A stretch of DNA of 64,000 nucleotides from Alphaproteobacteria bacterium (GTDB lineage Bacteria > Pseudomonadota > Alphaproteobacteria > Bin95): positions 320,001-384,000 of the forward strand of contig OZ219788.1 in NCBI GenBank assembly GCA_964291285.2. Reading direction: 5' to 3'. The notes beneath the pieces are model-generated. The model was not told the origin of the DNA. It searched no databases and saw only the letters and a program-made list of their open reading frames with translations. Below, one piece after another: positions 50,744 to 60,964 of this stretch. Position numbers and translations under genes: made by a program. The first letter of the stretch is position 1, and every line of letters starts with the position of its first letter.

Positions 50744-51366
50744 GTCCGCTGTCGTCTCCGCCTCTGCGGGCCGGCGCGGCGCGGGCTTGGGCTGCGGGTG
50801 CGAGGCGCTCCGGCAGCATCGCCGCCAGTGCGGGGCGGGGGTCGGTTGCGGTCATCGTCTCTCCTCTCCGACGGGGAGCGGGTCCCTGTTTCGCGCGTAT
50901 CCCGCGCGGGCGCGTGTCGGCGCCGGCGCGGTTCGCGCGCCTGATTGCGCGCGCGAGGCGGAGGACGCACGTCTCCCGTCGGCTTCTCACGGGTTTTCAG
51001 AAACTGGCGCCGCCCGGCCGCGCGGCACCCGGGGACGCGGCTCCGGAGTCCGCTTCCCTGGGGACCATCATACCACAATCCGCCAGATGTCAAGATCAAA
51101 ACACGAATAAAAATCAAACTTATCCGAAATTGTTCATATTCCGCTTGCGGGAGAGGCAGGGAGAGGGCCTTGCGGACGGTCCTTCCTCCGGCCCGGGGAC
51201 GCCGGCGCGGACTCCCCACCGGCGGGCGTGACCTGTTGCAGCGGCGCCACACATTCGCCAATCAGATAATTCCGTCCCTGAAAATCGGAAAATCAAGCCT
51301 TTTGCCGCCGCAAAACCGCAACAGGAATTATGGGCAATTTCAGCAGAACGTCCCGCAACGGGGATT

Positions 51367-52641
51367 ATGAGAAATTTCCTCATGACGACCGCAGCCGCCG
51401 GCGCTCTGGCATGCGCCGGAGTCATGGCGGCGGGGCCGGCTTCGGCGGCTGACATGTTGTCGGTCGGCGTCGGCGGTTACATGGAACAGTGGGTGGGCTA
51501 CGCCAACCGCGACGACAGCGGCGCGGACGGCGGCATCACCGTGCAGTCGGACTCGGAAATCTATTTCCAGGGTTCGCTGGAAGCCGACAGCGGGCTCAAG
51601 TTCACGGTCCATGTGCAGCTTGAGGCCAACAACGACGAAGACAAGATCGGGGACGACACCCCCGAAAACACCGAGATCGACGAGTCGTTCGCGCGCATGA
51701 GCGGCGAGTTCGGCACGATCGAGATCGGCCAGCGCGACCCGATCCATGCGCGCACGCATTATGCGGCGGCGTTCGGCGCGGGCGTCGGCCTGAACGCCGG
51801 CGACACGCAGAAGTGGATCCCGGGCGCCTATCTGGAGACCGCCGGCTGGACGATCCCGGGCGACGACCTGGGCGTGATCTACATCACCCCGCGCGTGAAC
51901 GGCGTGCAGGTGGGCGTGTCCTACCACCCGGACTCGACGAACGAGGACGCCCCGACCAGGGCGCCGGAAAACAACGACAACGCCGCCATGGCCGCGGGCA
52001 TCAACTTCAACCACACCATCGGCGATATGTCGGTCAAGGTCTCACTGGGGCATGTCAACGTCTCGAACCCCGGCAGCCTGTCGTACAACGCGGAGAACTC
52101 CGCCGCCGATAGCGACGACATGATGAAGGGCTTCGAGGACAAGACCTTCACCAATGCGGGCCTGTCGATCGGCATGGGCGCGTTCACCTTCCAGGCCTCC
52201 TACGCCACCCGCGACGACGGCGGCTATGTGGCGGAGTGCTGGACCGGTGCCGGCACGGAGGATGCGGCCCTAGTTGACTGCGGCAAACTGCCGGAGGACT
52301 TGGCCCATACGGCGGCCGACGAAGCGACCGGTGTTTACCCGAACATTGACCCCGATGGTGCTAATACTCCCATCAACGGCATCCTCGCCGTCGAGGACAA
52401 GTCGGGCCAGCACGACACCTTCGCCATCGGCATCGGCTACACGGACGGCCCGATGTCGGTGAGCATCGGCCACATGGTCCGCGATGCCGAGAACGGCGAC
52501 GAGCGGACCGCGACCATGGTCTCGGCCGGCTACAAGCTGGCGCCGGGCGTGGACTGGAAGACCTCGATCTTCGGCGTCGAGGACACCGCCAAGGGCACGG
52601 AAGGCACCGCCTTCGTGACCGGCATCGACATCCACTTCTAG
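51367..52641 (+). CDS. Outer-membrane porin
   Basis: Signal peptide, SDSEIYFQG, GEFGTIEIG, YITPRVNG, C-terminal Phe. Confidence 0.88.
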   Translation: MRNFLMTTAAAGALACAGVMAAGPASAADMLSVGVGGYMEQWVGYANRDDSGADGGITVQSDSEIYFQGSLEADSGLKFTVHVQLEANNDEDKIGDDTPENTEIDESFARMSGEFGTIEIGQRDPIHARTHYAAAFGAGVGLNAGDTQKWIPGAYLETAGWTIPGDDLGVIYITPRVNGVQVGVSYHPDSTNEDAPTRAPENNDNAAMAAGINFNHTIGDMSVKVSLGHVNVSNPGSLSYNAENSAADSDDMMKGFEDKTFTNAGLSIGMGAFTFQASYATRDDGGYVAECWTGAGTEDAALVDCGKLPEDLAHTAADEATGVYPNIDPDGANTPINGILAVEDKSGQHDTFAIGIGYTDGPMSVSIGHMVRDAENGDERTATMVSAGYKLAPGVDWKTSIFGVEDTAKGTEGTAFVTGIDIHF

Positions 52642-52668
52642 ACCGTCTCCCTCACCGGGAACTGACGG

Positions 52669-52699
52669 GCGGGCCGCCTCCGGGCGGCCCGCTTTTTTT
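52669..52699 (+). terminator. Rho-independent terminator
   Basis: GCGGGCCGCC-TCCG-GGCGGCCCGC followed by T7. Confidence 0.9.
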
Positions 52700-52771
52700 C
52701 CGTGGCCGGCGGCCAGCAGGCAAGCCGCCCGCCCCCAGCCGCCGCCCGTTTGATACCGGCCGGATACCGCC

Positions 52772-53239
52772 CTAGTCCTGCCGTCCTTCGAGGTCCAGTT
52801 CCGGTTCCGCGACTGCGGGCTCTTCGATGGCGAGGGGCGGGCTGCCGATCCGCCCGCTATTGCCGATCAGGGCCGCGTCGAAGGTGTTCAGCACGTCAAC
52901 CCCGGCAGCGAGCGCCGAGGCGACATGAACGGAATCCCTCGGATGAACGCCATGATCCCATACCAGGTCGCGCGCCGCCTCCGAGATCCGCCGCGTCAGC
53001 ATCATCGTTCGGATGGACGGGCGGTTGAAGAAGGCTTCAACCGTTGCGCGCCGCTCCGCCGGCAAGGCGTCCCTGGGCCGAAGCCGCAAAACCTCGGTGA
53101 GGGTGAACACGCTTGTCACGATCCCGATTTCGCCGCGCTCCGCCAGCAGCAATACATCCGAGCATCTATCGGCCCGGCCGTCCTCCTCCTGCAGGTATGC
53201 GAGGAAACAGTTCGAGTCCCAGTACCGGCGCTCCACCAT
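52772..53239 (-). CDS. PIN-domain (VapC-like) toxin
   Basis: YWDSNCF, TSVFTLTE, DSVHVASA, TFD. Confidence 0.85.
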   Translation of the reverse strand: MVERRYWDSNCFLAYLQEEDGRADRCSDVLLLAERGEIGIVTSVFTLTEVLRLRPRDALPAERRATVEAFFNRPSIRTMMLTRRISEAARDLVWDHGVHPRDSVHVASALAAGVDVLNTFDAALIGNSGRIGSPPLAIEEPAVAEPELDLEGRQD

Positions 53240-53916
53240 CAACCGGAAGCAAGCAGTCCGCGGAATTCGCCGACCGGGGTTTCGTCGTAGGGGAACAATT
53301 CGACTTCCTCGGCCCTGATGCTTGTCGGCACCCCTGCCCGGTCGTAGTGAACCATGCCGTGAGCCGCGACACGCTGTCTCCACATGCCCTGCATGGACTC
53401 GACGAGATCATCCGGCACAGTGCATCGCACAGCCATATTCCAGACCGGTTCGGAAATCGTGAAGTGGAGGCGGCCCCGGGCACTCAGGGTATCGAGAGTG
53501 CCTTCGACGGTGCCATATTCGGCTATCCGGCTCGGGTGCCGAACGGTCTCCCGCCGGTCTTCGGCCAGGATATCCCGGCGGTCCGCGCCTGCCAGAAGGC
53601 GCGTTGCCGGAACCGCACGCGGAAACCGGTGAAGACTCCTGCGGATGCGCCCCGTCGGTTCCCGCACGGTTTCATGAATCCGGCTGGCCGTTTCGGTGTC
53701 GGTCGCCGCCGGCAGATTGGCCGCAATCAACACGCTGCCCTCGGAGACCGAAATCTCCCAGTGAACGGCATCGGGGTCGCCACAGGCTTCTTCCGAAATC
53801 TCGCTCAGCAATCCGGTGAAGGCCCGCACGACCCGCTGGAAATCGCGGTAAGGCACCTTGCCTGGACCGAGTTCCAGAGTCAGGGCGGGGGTATCTTCGG
53901 CGGCGGCCATGCTCAT
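53239..53916 (-). CDS. Hypothetical protein coupled to the PIN gene
   Basis: Stop overlaps the PIN start; beta-rich C-terminus. Confidence 0.7.
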   Translation of the reverse strand: MSMAAAEDTPALTLELGPGKVPYRDFQRVVRAFTGLLSEISEEACGDPDAVHWEISVSEGSVLIAANLPAATDTETASRIHETVREPTGRIRRSLHRFPRAVPATRLLAGADRRDILAEDRRETVRHPSRIAEYGTVEGTLDTLSARGRLHFTISEPVWNMAVRCTVPDDLVESMQGMWRQRVAAHGMVHYDRAGVPTSIRAEEVELFPYDETPVGEFRGLLASG

Positions 53917-54084
53917 TGCCTCCCGAACAGGGGCGAAGCCTACGCCATGGACGGGCCCCGGTAAAGCAACCGCCTGGCCTCGATGCCCGGCAAGGCGCCG
54001 GCAGCGCGCCCGCGCCCGCCCCTGCATGTCTCCGGGCCGCCGCCGCGGCTATAGTGGCGGCGGCGGAGGCGAACGGAGGTCGGG

Positions 54085-55527
54085 ATGGCGGCTTTTGCGG
54101 ACTATGAAAACCACGATGCGGTGGGGCTGGCCGCGCTGGTCGCAAGCGGCGGGGCCGCGCCGGAGGAGCTTCTGGAGGCCGCGATCGAGCGGGTCGAGGC
54201 GCGCAACGGCGCCGTCAACGCCGTCACCGCCCGGCTCTACGACCACGGCCGGCAGGCCATCGCCGACGGGCTGCCCGACGGGCCGCTCCGGGGCGTGCCC
54301 TACCTGCTGAAGGACCTGAGCGCCTCGCTCGCCGGCTTCCCGACCACGCGCGGCTGCCGGTTCTTCGAGGACGCCGTGCCGGCCGAGGACAGCGAGCTCG
54401 TGAAGCGGCTGAAGCGCGCCGGCGTGGTGATCTTCGGGCGGACCAACACCTGCGAGCTCGGCCTCAGCCTCACCTGCGAGCCGCAATTGCACGGGGCGAC
54501 GAAGAACCCCTGGGACACGGCGCGCATATCCGGCGGCTCCAGCGGCGGGGCGGCCGCGGCCGTCGGCGCGCGCATGCTGCCGGCCGCCCACGCCTCGGAC
54601 GGCTTCGGCTCGATCCGCGCGCCGGCGGCCTGCTGCGGGCTGGTCGGGCTCAAGCCCACCCGCAACCGCAACACCATGGCGCCCTTCATGGGCGAGGGGC
54701 TGGGGGGCCTGTCCACCGAGCACGCCGTCACGCTCACCGTGCGCGACAGCGCCGCCCTGCTCGACGCCACGCGCGGGCCGGGCGCGGGCGACCCCTACAG
54801 CGCCGCACCCCCGGCCCGGCCCTTCCTGGAGGAGGCCGGCGCCGACCCCGGCCGGCTGCGCATCGCCTTTACCCGCCGCGCACCGAACGGCGCCGAAGTC
54901 GGGGCGGACGCGCTCCGCGTGCTGGAGGAGACCGCGGGCCTCGCCGCCGGGCTCGGGCACGAGGTGGAGGAGGCCGACCCCGCCATCGACGGCGGGGCCG
55001 TGGTGCCGGTCTTCCTCACCCTCATGGCGGCCAACACCGCGGTCAATCTCGCGAGCCACCCGACCGCCGGGCGCGCGGCCCGCGAGGACGAGGTGGAGCG
55101 CGTCACCTGGCTCTCCGCGCAGATGGCCGAACGGGTGAGCGGGGCGGACTATGTGCGCGCGACGCAGGCCATGCACCGGCTCGGCCGGCAGATGGCCGCC
55201 TTCCACGCCGGTTACGACCTGCTGCTGACGCCGGGGCTGGCGACGGGCGCCGCGGTCGAGCTCGGCTGGCTCGACATGATGATGGAGGACGTGGACGAAT
55301 ACTGGCGGCGCGTGTTCGCCTTCTCGCCCTTCACCGTCTGGTTCAACATCACCGGCCAGCCGGCGGTCATGCTGCCGGTCGGCACGAACGCCGCCGGCCT
55401 GCCGGTCGCCGTGCAGGCGGTGGCGCCCTACGGGGACGAGGCCGCGCTGTTGCGCTTCTCCGCCCAGATCGAGGCCGCCCGCCCCTGGTTCGCCCGCAAG
55501 CCGCCGCTCGCAGGCGGAACGGGCTGA
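54085..55527 (+). CDS. Amidase signature enzyme
   Basis: LLKD, SGGSSGG, SDGFGSIRAP. Confidence 0.93.
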   Translation: MAAFADYENHDAVGLAALVASGGAAPEELLEAAIERVEARNGAVNAVTARLYDHGRQAIADGLPDGPLRGVPYLLKDLSASLAGFPTTRGCRFFEDAVPAEDSELVKRLKRAGVVIFGRTNTCELGLSLTCEPQLHGATKNPWDTARISGGSSGGAAAAVGARMLPAAHASDGFGSIRAPAACCGLVGLKPTRNRNTMAPFMGEGLGGLSTEHAVTLTVRDSAALLDATRGPGAGDPYSAAPPARPFLEEAGADPGRLRIAFTRRAPNGAEVGADALRVLEETAGLAAGLGHEVEEADPAIDGGAVVPVFLTLMAANTAVNLASHPTAGRAAREDEVERVTWLSAQMAERVSGADYVRATQAMHRLGRQMAAFHAGYDLLLTPGLATGAAVELGWLDMMMEDVDEYWRRVFAFSPFTVWFNITGQPAVMLPVGTNAAGLPVAVQAVAPYGDEAALLRFSAQIEAARPWFARKPPLAGGTG

Positions 55528-55619
55528 GCCAGGGCCGGCGGGCGTTCCCGCCCATTCCGGGTGCATTGCCGATTTGCCCTTGCCCATCCTGCAACAACAA
55601 ATTATACATACACAGCGCA

Positions 55620-55910
55620 ATGCAATTCGAATGGGACGAAGCCAAGGACCGGGCGAATGTCGCCAAGCATGGGATCGATTTCGAGACCGCGAAACGGATA
55701 TTCGACGGTCCGGTGCTCACGCGGCCGGACCGGCGCCGGGATTACGGCGAGGAGCGGTATATCGGCATCGGCCGGGTGGCGGCCGCCACGGTCGTCGTAG
55801 CATATACCGAACGCGGCGGCCGCCTGCGGCTCATCTCGGCGCGCCCGGCGTCCGGCAAGGAGAGAAGGGCATATCGTGAGCGGATATTCGAGACCCCTGA
55901 CGCCGGCTGA
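55620..55910 (+). CDS. brnT: BrnT family toxin
   Basis: FEWDEAK, KHGIDF, YGEER, RLISAR. Confidence 0.92.
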   Translation: MQFEWDEAKDRANVAKHGIDFETAKRIFDGPVLTRPDRRRDYGEERYIGIGRVAAATVVVAYTERGGRLRLISARPASGKERRAYRERIFETPDAG

Positions 55911-56133
55911 GATCGCGTCCGTCCCGGACGAGGAGATCGATTTCACCGACATCCCGGAACTGGACGCGGATTTCTGGCGCGAGGCCGAACTCGGCCGGCC
56001 CGACCGCACGGAGCAGATCACCATGCGCGTCAAGCGTTCGGTGCTGGACTATTTCCGCGCGCCCGGCAAGGGATACCAGACCCGGATCAACCGCGTGCTC
56101 GAAAGCTATGTGCGGGCGCAAGGCGGGTCGTGA
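55876..56133 (+). CDS. brnA: BrnA family antitoxin
   Basis: IDFTDIPEL, ITMRV, GYQTRINRVL. Confidence 0.9.
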   Translation: MSGYSRPLTPAEIASVPDEEIDFTDIPELDADFWREAELGRPDRTEQITMRVKRSVLDYFRAPGKGYQTRINRVLESYVRAQGGS

Positions 56134-56214
56134 CGGTGACGAGAAAACCGCGCTGACGGGCCGGATCTGCGCTATCCTGCCGGTTGACGCTTGCGGCTGC
56201 TGGAGGACGCCCGG

Positions 56215-57813
56215 ATGGACGACATTCTCATCAGGGGCGGCGAGGTCGTGAACGGGACCGGCGCGCCCGCGCGCAAGGCGGACGTGGCGATCCGGGGCGG
56301 GCGCATCCAGGCCGTCGAGGAGGGCTACACGGGCAGCGCGGAGACGGTGATCGACGCCGAGGGCCTGACCGTCGCGCCCGGCTTCATCGACATCCACACC
56401 CATTCCGACTTCACCCTGCCGCTCAACCCGAAGGCGGAATGCAAGATCCGCCAGGGCGTGACCACAGAGGTGGTCGGCAATTGCGGCTTCTCCGTGGCGC
56501 CCGCGCTGCCCGGCAAGGTGGAGATGCTGCGCGACTACCTCTCCGCGAGCGCGCCCTGGCTGCCCTTCGAGGAGACGGACTTCGCCCGCTACATGGACAC
56601 ATGGCCGGCGCTTTCGCTGAACACCGTCATGCAGGCCGGCCACAACACGCTACGCCTGATGGCGATGGGCATGGAGGACCGCGACCCCTCCGAGGCGGAG
56701 CTCCGGCACATGCAGGAGATGCTGGCGGAGGCGCTGGAGGCGGGCGCGCTCGGGCTTTCCTCCGGCCTCTTCACCGCGCCCGGCTGCTACGCCAGGCCGG
56801 AGGAGGTGCTGGCGCTCGGCCGGGTGGTGAAGGCGCATGGCGGGCGCTATTCGAGCCATGTGCGCGACGAGAGCCACGGCGTGCACGAGGCGGTGGCGGA
56901 AGCGATCGATGTCGGCGAGCAGTGCGGCATCCATGTCCAGGTGGCGCATCTCAAGCTCTCCGGCACCGGGCGCTGGGGCGAGGCGGATGAGCTGCTCGGC
57001 CAGTTCACGCGGGCGCGGGCGCGCGGCGTGGACGTGCACTGCGACCAGTATCCCTATGACTGGGCGACCAACCCGCTGCGTTTCCTGCTGCCGGTCTGGC
57101 TGCAGGAGGGCGGCATCGACGCGATGCTGGCGCGGCTCGCCAACCCGGAGATCCGCTCGCGCGTGCGCCAGAAGATCGCCGAGGTCGGCTTCAACAATTT
57201 CGGCCATATCGAGAGCTGGGACGATATCCGCATCGCCAACTCGCCCGGCGCCGCCCGGCCGGGCATGACCATCGCCGAGATCGCCGCCGAGCGCGACTGC
57301 GACCCGCTGGAGGCCGTGTTCGACATCACCGTCGAGGACCGGGGCGGGACGCGCATCCTGGTGCGCAGCATGTCGGAGGAGGACGTGCGGCGGATCGCGG
57401 CCGAGCCCTCCATGACGGTCGGCTCCGACGGCCCCTGCGTCGCGCCCTACGGCGTCACCTCCCAGGGCAAGCCGCATCCGAGGCTCTACGGCACCTTCCC
57501 GCGCGTGCTCGGCCGCTACGCCCGCGACGAGGGCCTGCTGAGCCTGCCGCAGGCGGTCGCGAAGATGACCGGCAACGCGGCCCGCGCCCTCGGCATGGCG
57601 GACCGGGGCCTGCTGCGCGGAGGCCAGGCGGCCGATGTCGCGCTGTTCGACGCAGGCACGATCCGCGACGAGGCGACCTTCGACGAGCCGCACACCTACC
57701 CGGCGGGCGTCGAGACGGTGATCGTCAACGGCGAGGTGGTCATCCACGGGGGCGAACACACCGGCGCGCTCCCCGGCCGCCTCCTCCGCCGCCGCGAGGG
57801 CGTGCTGGGTTAG
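56215..57813 (+). CDS. N-acyl-D-amino-acid deacylase
   Basis: PGFIDIHTHSD, GNCG, HVRDE, HPRLYGTFPR. Confidence 0.92.
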   Translation: MDDILIRGGEVVNGTGAPARKADVAIRGGRIQAVEEGYTGSAETVIDAEGLTVAPGFIDIHTHSDFTLPLNPKAECKIRQGVTTEVVGNCGFSVAPALPGKVEMLRDYLSASAPWLPFEETDFARYMDTWPALSLNTVMQAGHNTLRLMAMGMEDRDPSEAELRHMQEMLAEALEAGALGLSSGLFTAPGCYARPEEVLALGRVVKAHGGRYSSHVRDESHGVHEAVAEAIDVGEQCGIHVQVAHLKLSGTGRWGEADELLGQFTRARARGVDVHCDQYPYDWATNPLRFLLPVWLQEGGIDAMLARLANPEIRSRVRQKIAEVGFNNFGHIESWDDIRIANSPGAARPGMTIAEIAAERDCDPLEAVFDITVEDRGGTRILVRSMSEEDVRRIAAEPSMTVGSDGPCVAPYGVTSQGKPHPRLYGTFPRVLGRYARDEGLLSLPQAVAKMTGNAARALGMADRGLLRGGQAADVALFDAGTIRDEATFDEPHTYPAGVETVIVNGEVVIHGGEHTGALPGRLLRRREGVLG

Positions 57814-58217
57814 TGCCCCGCGGGCAGTTCCGCCAGTTCGATGACGATGCCGCCGGTGGACGCCGGGTCGAGGAAGGCGATGCGGCTGCCGCCGTGGCCG
57901 GTGCGGGGCGTCTCGTCGATCAGGCGCACGCCCTTGCCTTTCAGTTCCGCGAGCGCGGCGTCGATGTCGTCCACCTCGAAGCAGAGATGGTAGATGCTCT
58001 CGCCCTTGTCCTCGATCCAGCCGTTCACCTGCGAGGCCGGGCCCTCGGCCTGCAGCAGCTCGATGCTGGTCTCGCCGACCGGATACATGGCGAGCCGCGT
58101 GTCGCCGATGCGCTCCTCATAGTCGAGTTCGAGACCGAGCGTCTCCTCCAGCATCTTCATCGATGCCTTCATGTCGCGCACCGCGATGGCGACATGTTCC
58201 ACGCGCTTGAGTTTCAT
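57810..58217 (-). CDS. mce: Methylmalonyl-CoA epimerase (VOC family)
   Basis: HVAIAV, IELL, YHLCFEVDDI, AFLDP, IEL. Confidence 0.8.
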   Translation of the reverse strand: MKLKRVEHVAIAVRDMKASMKMLEETLGLELDYEERIGDTRLAMYPVGETSIELLQAEGPASQVNGWIEDKGESIYHLCFEVDDIDAALAELKGKGVRLIDETPRTGHGGSRIAFLDPASTGGIVIELAELPAGH

Positions 58218-58257
58218 GCTTTGCTCACCCGTTCATCCGTTACCCGTTCGGGCGGGC

Positions 58258-59325
58258 ATGTTCCTCCGCGAATCCGGCCATTACAAGACCAGTTACCGCG
58301 CCGACATGGCGCTGTTCCCGCATCCGGCCGTCGCCCGGACCGTGTGGGCCTCGCTGTTCCTGCTGTTCGTGCCGGTGCCGCTGTTCGGCAGCGAGCACCT
58401 GCTGGCGGTGCTGACGCTCAACGCGATCAACCTCACGGGCGCGCTCGGGCTCACCATCCTGCTCGGCTATGCCGGCCAGATCTCGCTCGGCCACGGCGCC
58501 TTCATGTCGGTCGGCGCCTACACGGCCGCCAATCTCGCGGTGCGGCTCGACATGCCGTTCTGGCTCACGCTCCCGGCCGGCGCGGCCATGGCGGCACTGG
58601 TCGGCATCGTCGTCGGCCTGCCGTCGCTGCGCATCCGCGGCTTCTACCTCGCCATCGCCACGCTCGCCGCGCAGCTCGTCATCGAGTGGATCATCAACCG
58701 CACGCCGGCGATCTCGGGCGGCATCCAGGCCTCGATCCACGTGCCGCGCCCGGAACTGTTCGGGCTCAGGCTCGACAGCGCGGCGGAGCTCTACCTGTTC
58801 GTCATGGCCGTGGCCGTCGCCGGGCTGCTGGCGGCGCTCAATCTCGGCCGCTCCCGCCTCGGCCGCGCCATGGTGGCCGTGCGCGAGCACGAGACCGCGG
58901 CCTCCCTCATGGGCGTGGACACCGCCCGGGTGAAGCTCGCCGCCTTCGCCCTCTCGGCGGCCTATGGCGGCGTTGCGGGCGTGCTGTTCACCTACTATCT
59001 GGGCGTCGCCAACTACCAGCAATACACCTTCGCCATTTCCATCTACTACCTCGCCGTCAACATCATCGGCGGGCTCGGCAGCGTGTGGGGCGCGCTGCTG
59101 GGGCTCGCCTTCCTCAGCCTCGTGCCGCGCTTTGTCTTCCTCGCCATGACCTCGGTCGGGTCCTGGTTCGTGGACCTCGCCTATATGGCGCAGGCGGTCG
59201 CCCAGGTGCGCCAGATGACCTTCGGCATCCTGATCCTGGTCTTCCTGGTGCTGGAGCCGGAGGGCCTGGCCGCGCTCTGGCGGCGGGCGCGCAATTGGCT
59301 CCGCGTCTGGCCCTTCTCCTACTGA
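58258..59325 (+). CDS. Branched-chain amino-acid ABC permease (LivM-like)
   Basis: GYAGQISLGHGAF, GFYLAIATLA, IIGGLGS, EPEGL. Confidence 0.9.
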   Translation: MFLRESGHYKTSYRADMALFPHPAVARTVWASLFLLFVPVPLFGSEHLLAVLTLNAINLTGALGLTILLGYAGQISLGHGAFMSVGAYTAANLAVRLDMPFWLTLPAGAAMAALVGIVVGLPSLRIRGFYLAIATLAAQLVIEWIINRTPAISGGIQASIHVPRPELFGLRLDSAAELYLFVMAVAVAGLLAALNLGRSRLGRAMVAVREHETAASLMGVDTARVKLAAFALSAAYGGVAGVLFTYYLGVANYQQYTFAISIYYLAVNIIGGLGSVWGALLGLAFLSLVPRFVFLAMTSVGSWFVDLAYMAQAVAQVRQMTFGILILVFLVLEPEGLAALWRRARNWLRVWPFSY

Positions 59326-60365
59326 ACGCCGCCGAGGCAGTCCGCGAGGCTCTGCGCAAGCTCTTGGATCAGCGCCGGGTAGAGTCCCGGACCGGCTTCG
59401 AGGTCCGCGCCCAGCGGGTCGAGCACGGCGATGCGCGCGCCGGTTCCCTCCGCCGCCGTCTGCGCCAGCTTCGGATCGAGTTGCGGCTCGATGAACACGC
59501 AGAGCGCGCTGTGTTCGCGCATCTCGCTGCGGATACGGTCGAGGCGCGCCGGGCCGGGCGGTGCGGCGTCGGACAGCGCCACCGAACCGGCAGCCTCGAT
59601 CCCGAAGCGGTGCTCGAAATAGTGGTAGGCGTCATGCGCGGTGAAGAACGCCTTGCCGCGCACGGGCGCCACGACGGCCTCCACCCGCGCCGCCAGCGCA
59701 TCGAGCTCTGCCGCCCCGGCCGCGGCATTGGCCTTGTAGGCATCCGCATTGGCCGGGTCGATTGCCGCCAGGCGCGCGGCCATTTCGACGAGCATGGCCT
59801 TGCCGTTGGCGGGGTCGAGCCAGATATGCGGGTCCATGTCGCCATGGTGCTCGTGGCCGTGCTCGTCCTTGTGAGCGTGTTCGTCCTTATGGCCGTGCTC
59901 GTCCTTGTGGTCTTCGTCCTCCTTGTGGGCGTGCTCGTCCTTATGGTCGTCGTCCTCGTGGGCGTGCTTCTCCTTGCCGTCATGGTCGTCGTCATGGTCG
60001 CCGTGCCCGTCCTCGCCGAACGCCAGCAGCGCCACCCCCGGCGCCTCCATCAGCTCGACCGACACGGCGTCCGCGGCGAGGCTCTCCACCGCGTCCTCGA
60101 GCCAGGGGGTCAGCCCCTCGCCTATCCAGAACACGATATCGGCCGCTTGCAGCCGGGCCGCCTCGGAGGGCCGCATGGAATAGCCGTGCGGCGTCACGCC
60201 CGGCGGCAGGATCGATATCGGCTCGCCCACGCCCTGCATCACGCGCGCCGCGAGCGAGTGGACCGGCGGAATGTCCGTCACGACCTCGGGCGCCGCCGCG
60301 GCCGGCAGGGCGGCGAAGGAGGCGAGCGCGGCGAACAGCGGGAGTCGAAAGAAGCGGCGTTTCAT
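59319..60365 (-). CDS. znuA: Zinc ABC transporter substrate-binding protein
   Basis: TPHGY, His-rich loop, DPHIWLDP, HDAYHYF. Confidence 0.93.
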   Translation of the reverse strand: MKRRFFRLPLFAALASFAALPAAAAPEVVTDIPPVHSLAARVMQGVGEPISILPPGVTPHGYSMRPSEAARLQAADIVFWIGEGLTPWLEDAVESLAADAVSVELMEAPGVALLAFGEDGHGDHDDDHDGKEKHAHEDDDHKDEHAHKEDEDHKDEHGHKDEHAHKDEHGHEHHGDMDPHIWLDPANGKAMLVEMAARLAAIDPANADAYKANAAAGAAELDALAARVEAVVAPVRGKAFFTAHDAYHYFEHRFGIEAAGSVALSDAAPPGPARLDRIRSEMREHSALCVFIEPQLDPKLAQTAAEGTGARIAVLDPLGADLEAGPGLYPALIQELAQSLADCLGGVQ

Positions 60366-60402
60366 GCTGGCATCCTGTATCCTGAGGATGGATCGATCTG
60401 CT

Positions 60403-60425
60403 CGTTAGCACAGTATAACATTCCG
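60403..60425. promoter_or_regulatory. Possible Zur box
   Basis: TATAACATTCC half-site between divergent znuA and zur; the second half-site is weak. Confidence 0.4.
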
Positions 60426-60442
60426 GAACGGCGGGAAGGCGG

Positions 60443-60964
60443 ATGGCGGCAGCAAGACGGACGGAACGGACAGCGGCTGCTGAGGCCATGCACCCGCACG
60501 ATCACGGCGACTGCATCCGCCGCGTGCTCGACGAGGCCGAACGCCGGGCCTCGGAGGACAAGGTCAATTTCACGCCCGTCCGCCGGCATGCTCTCGAAAT
60601 TCTGCTGGAAAGCCACGCCGCCATGCCCGCATACGGCTTGCTGAAGCGCCTGGATGAGGACGGCTTCGGTTCGCAGCCGCCGGTGGCTTACCGGGCGCTC
60701 GATTTCCTCATCGAGCAGGGTTTCGTCCACAAGGTCGAGCGGCTGAACGCATATGTCGCCTGCATGTATCCGCATGAAACGCACACGCCGGCCTTCCTGA
60801 TCTGCCGCAATTGCCGCTCGGTGGCCGAGACTTGCGTGTCGCCCACCCCGGCCGCGCTGCGGCAGGAGGCGCGGGCGGCGGGCTTCACCATCGAACGCTC
60901 CATGATGGAGGCGGAAGGACTCTGCCGCGCCTGCGCCGCGGAAGGCGGCCCGCCTTGCAACTGA
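60443..60964 (+). CDS. zur: Zinc uptake regulator (Fur family)
   Basis: PPVAYRALDFL, CRNC, CRAC. Confidence 0.9.
   Translation: MAAARRTERTAAAEAMHPHDHGDCIRRVLDEAERRASEDKVNFTPVRRHALEILLESHAAMPAYGLLKRLDEDGFGSQPPVAYRALDFLIEQGFVHKVERLNAYVACMYPHETHTPAFLICRNCRSVAETCVSPTPAALRQEARAAGFTIERSMMEAEGLCRACAAEGGPPCN

Noticed and set aside
59840-60010. Tandem repeats in znuA
   Set aside because: They encode the ordinary His/Asp/Glu-rich loop of ZnuA.
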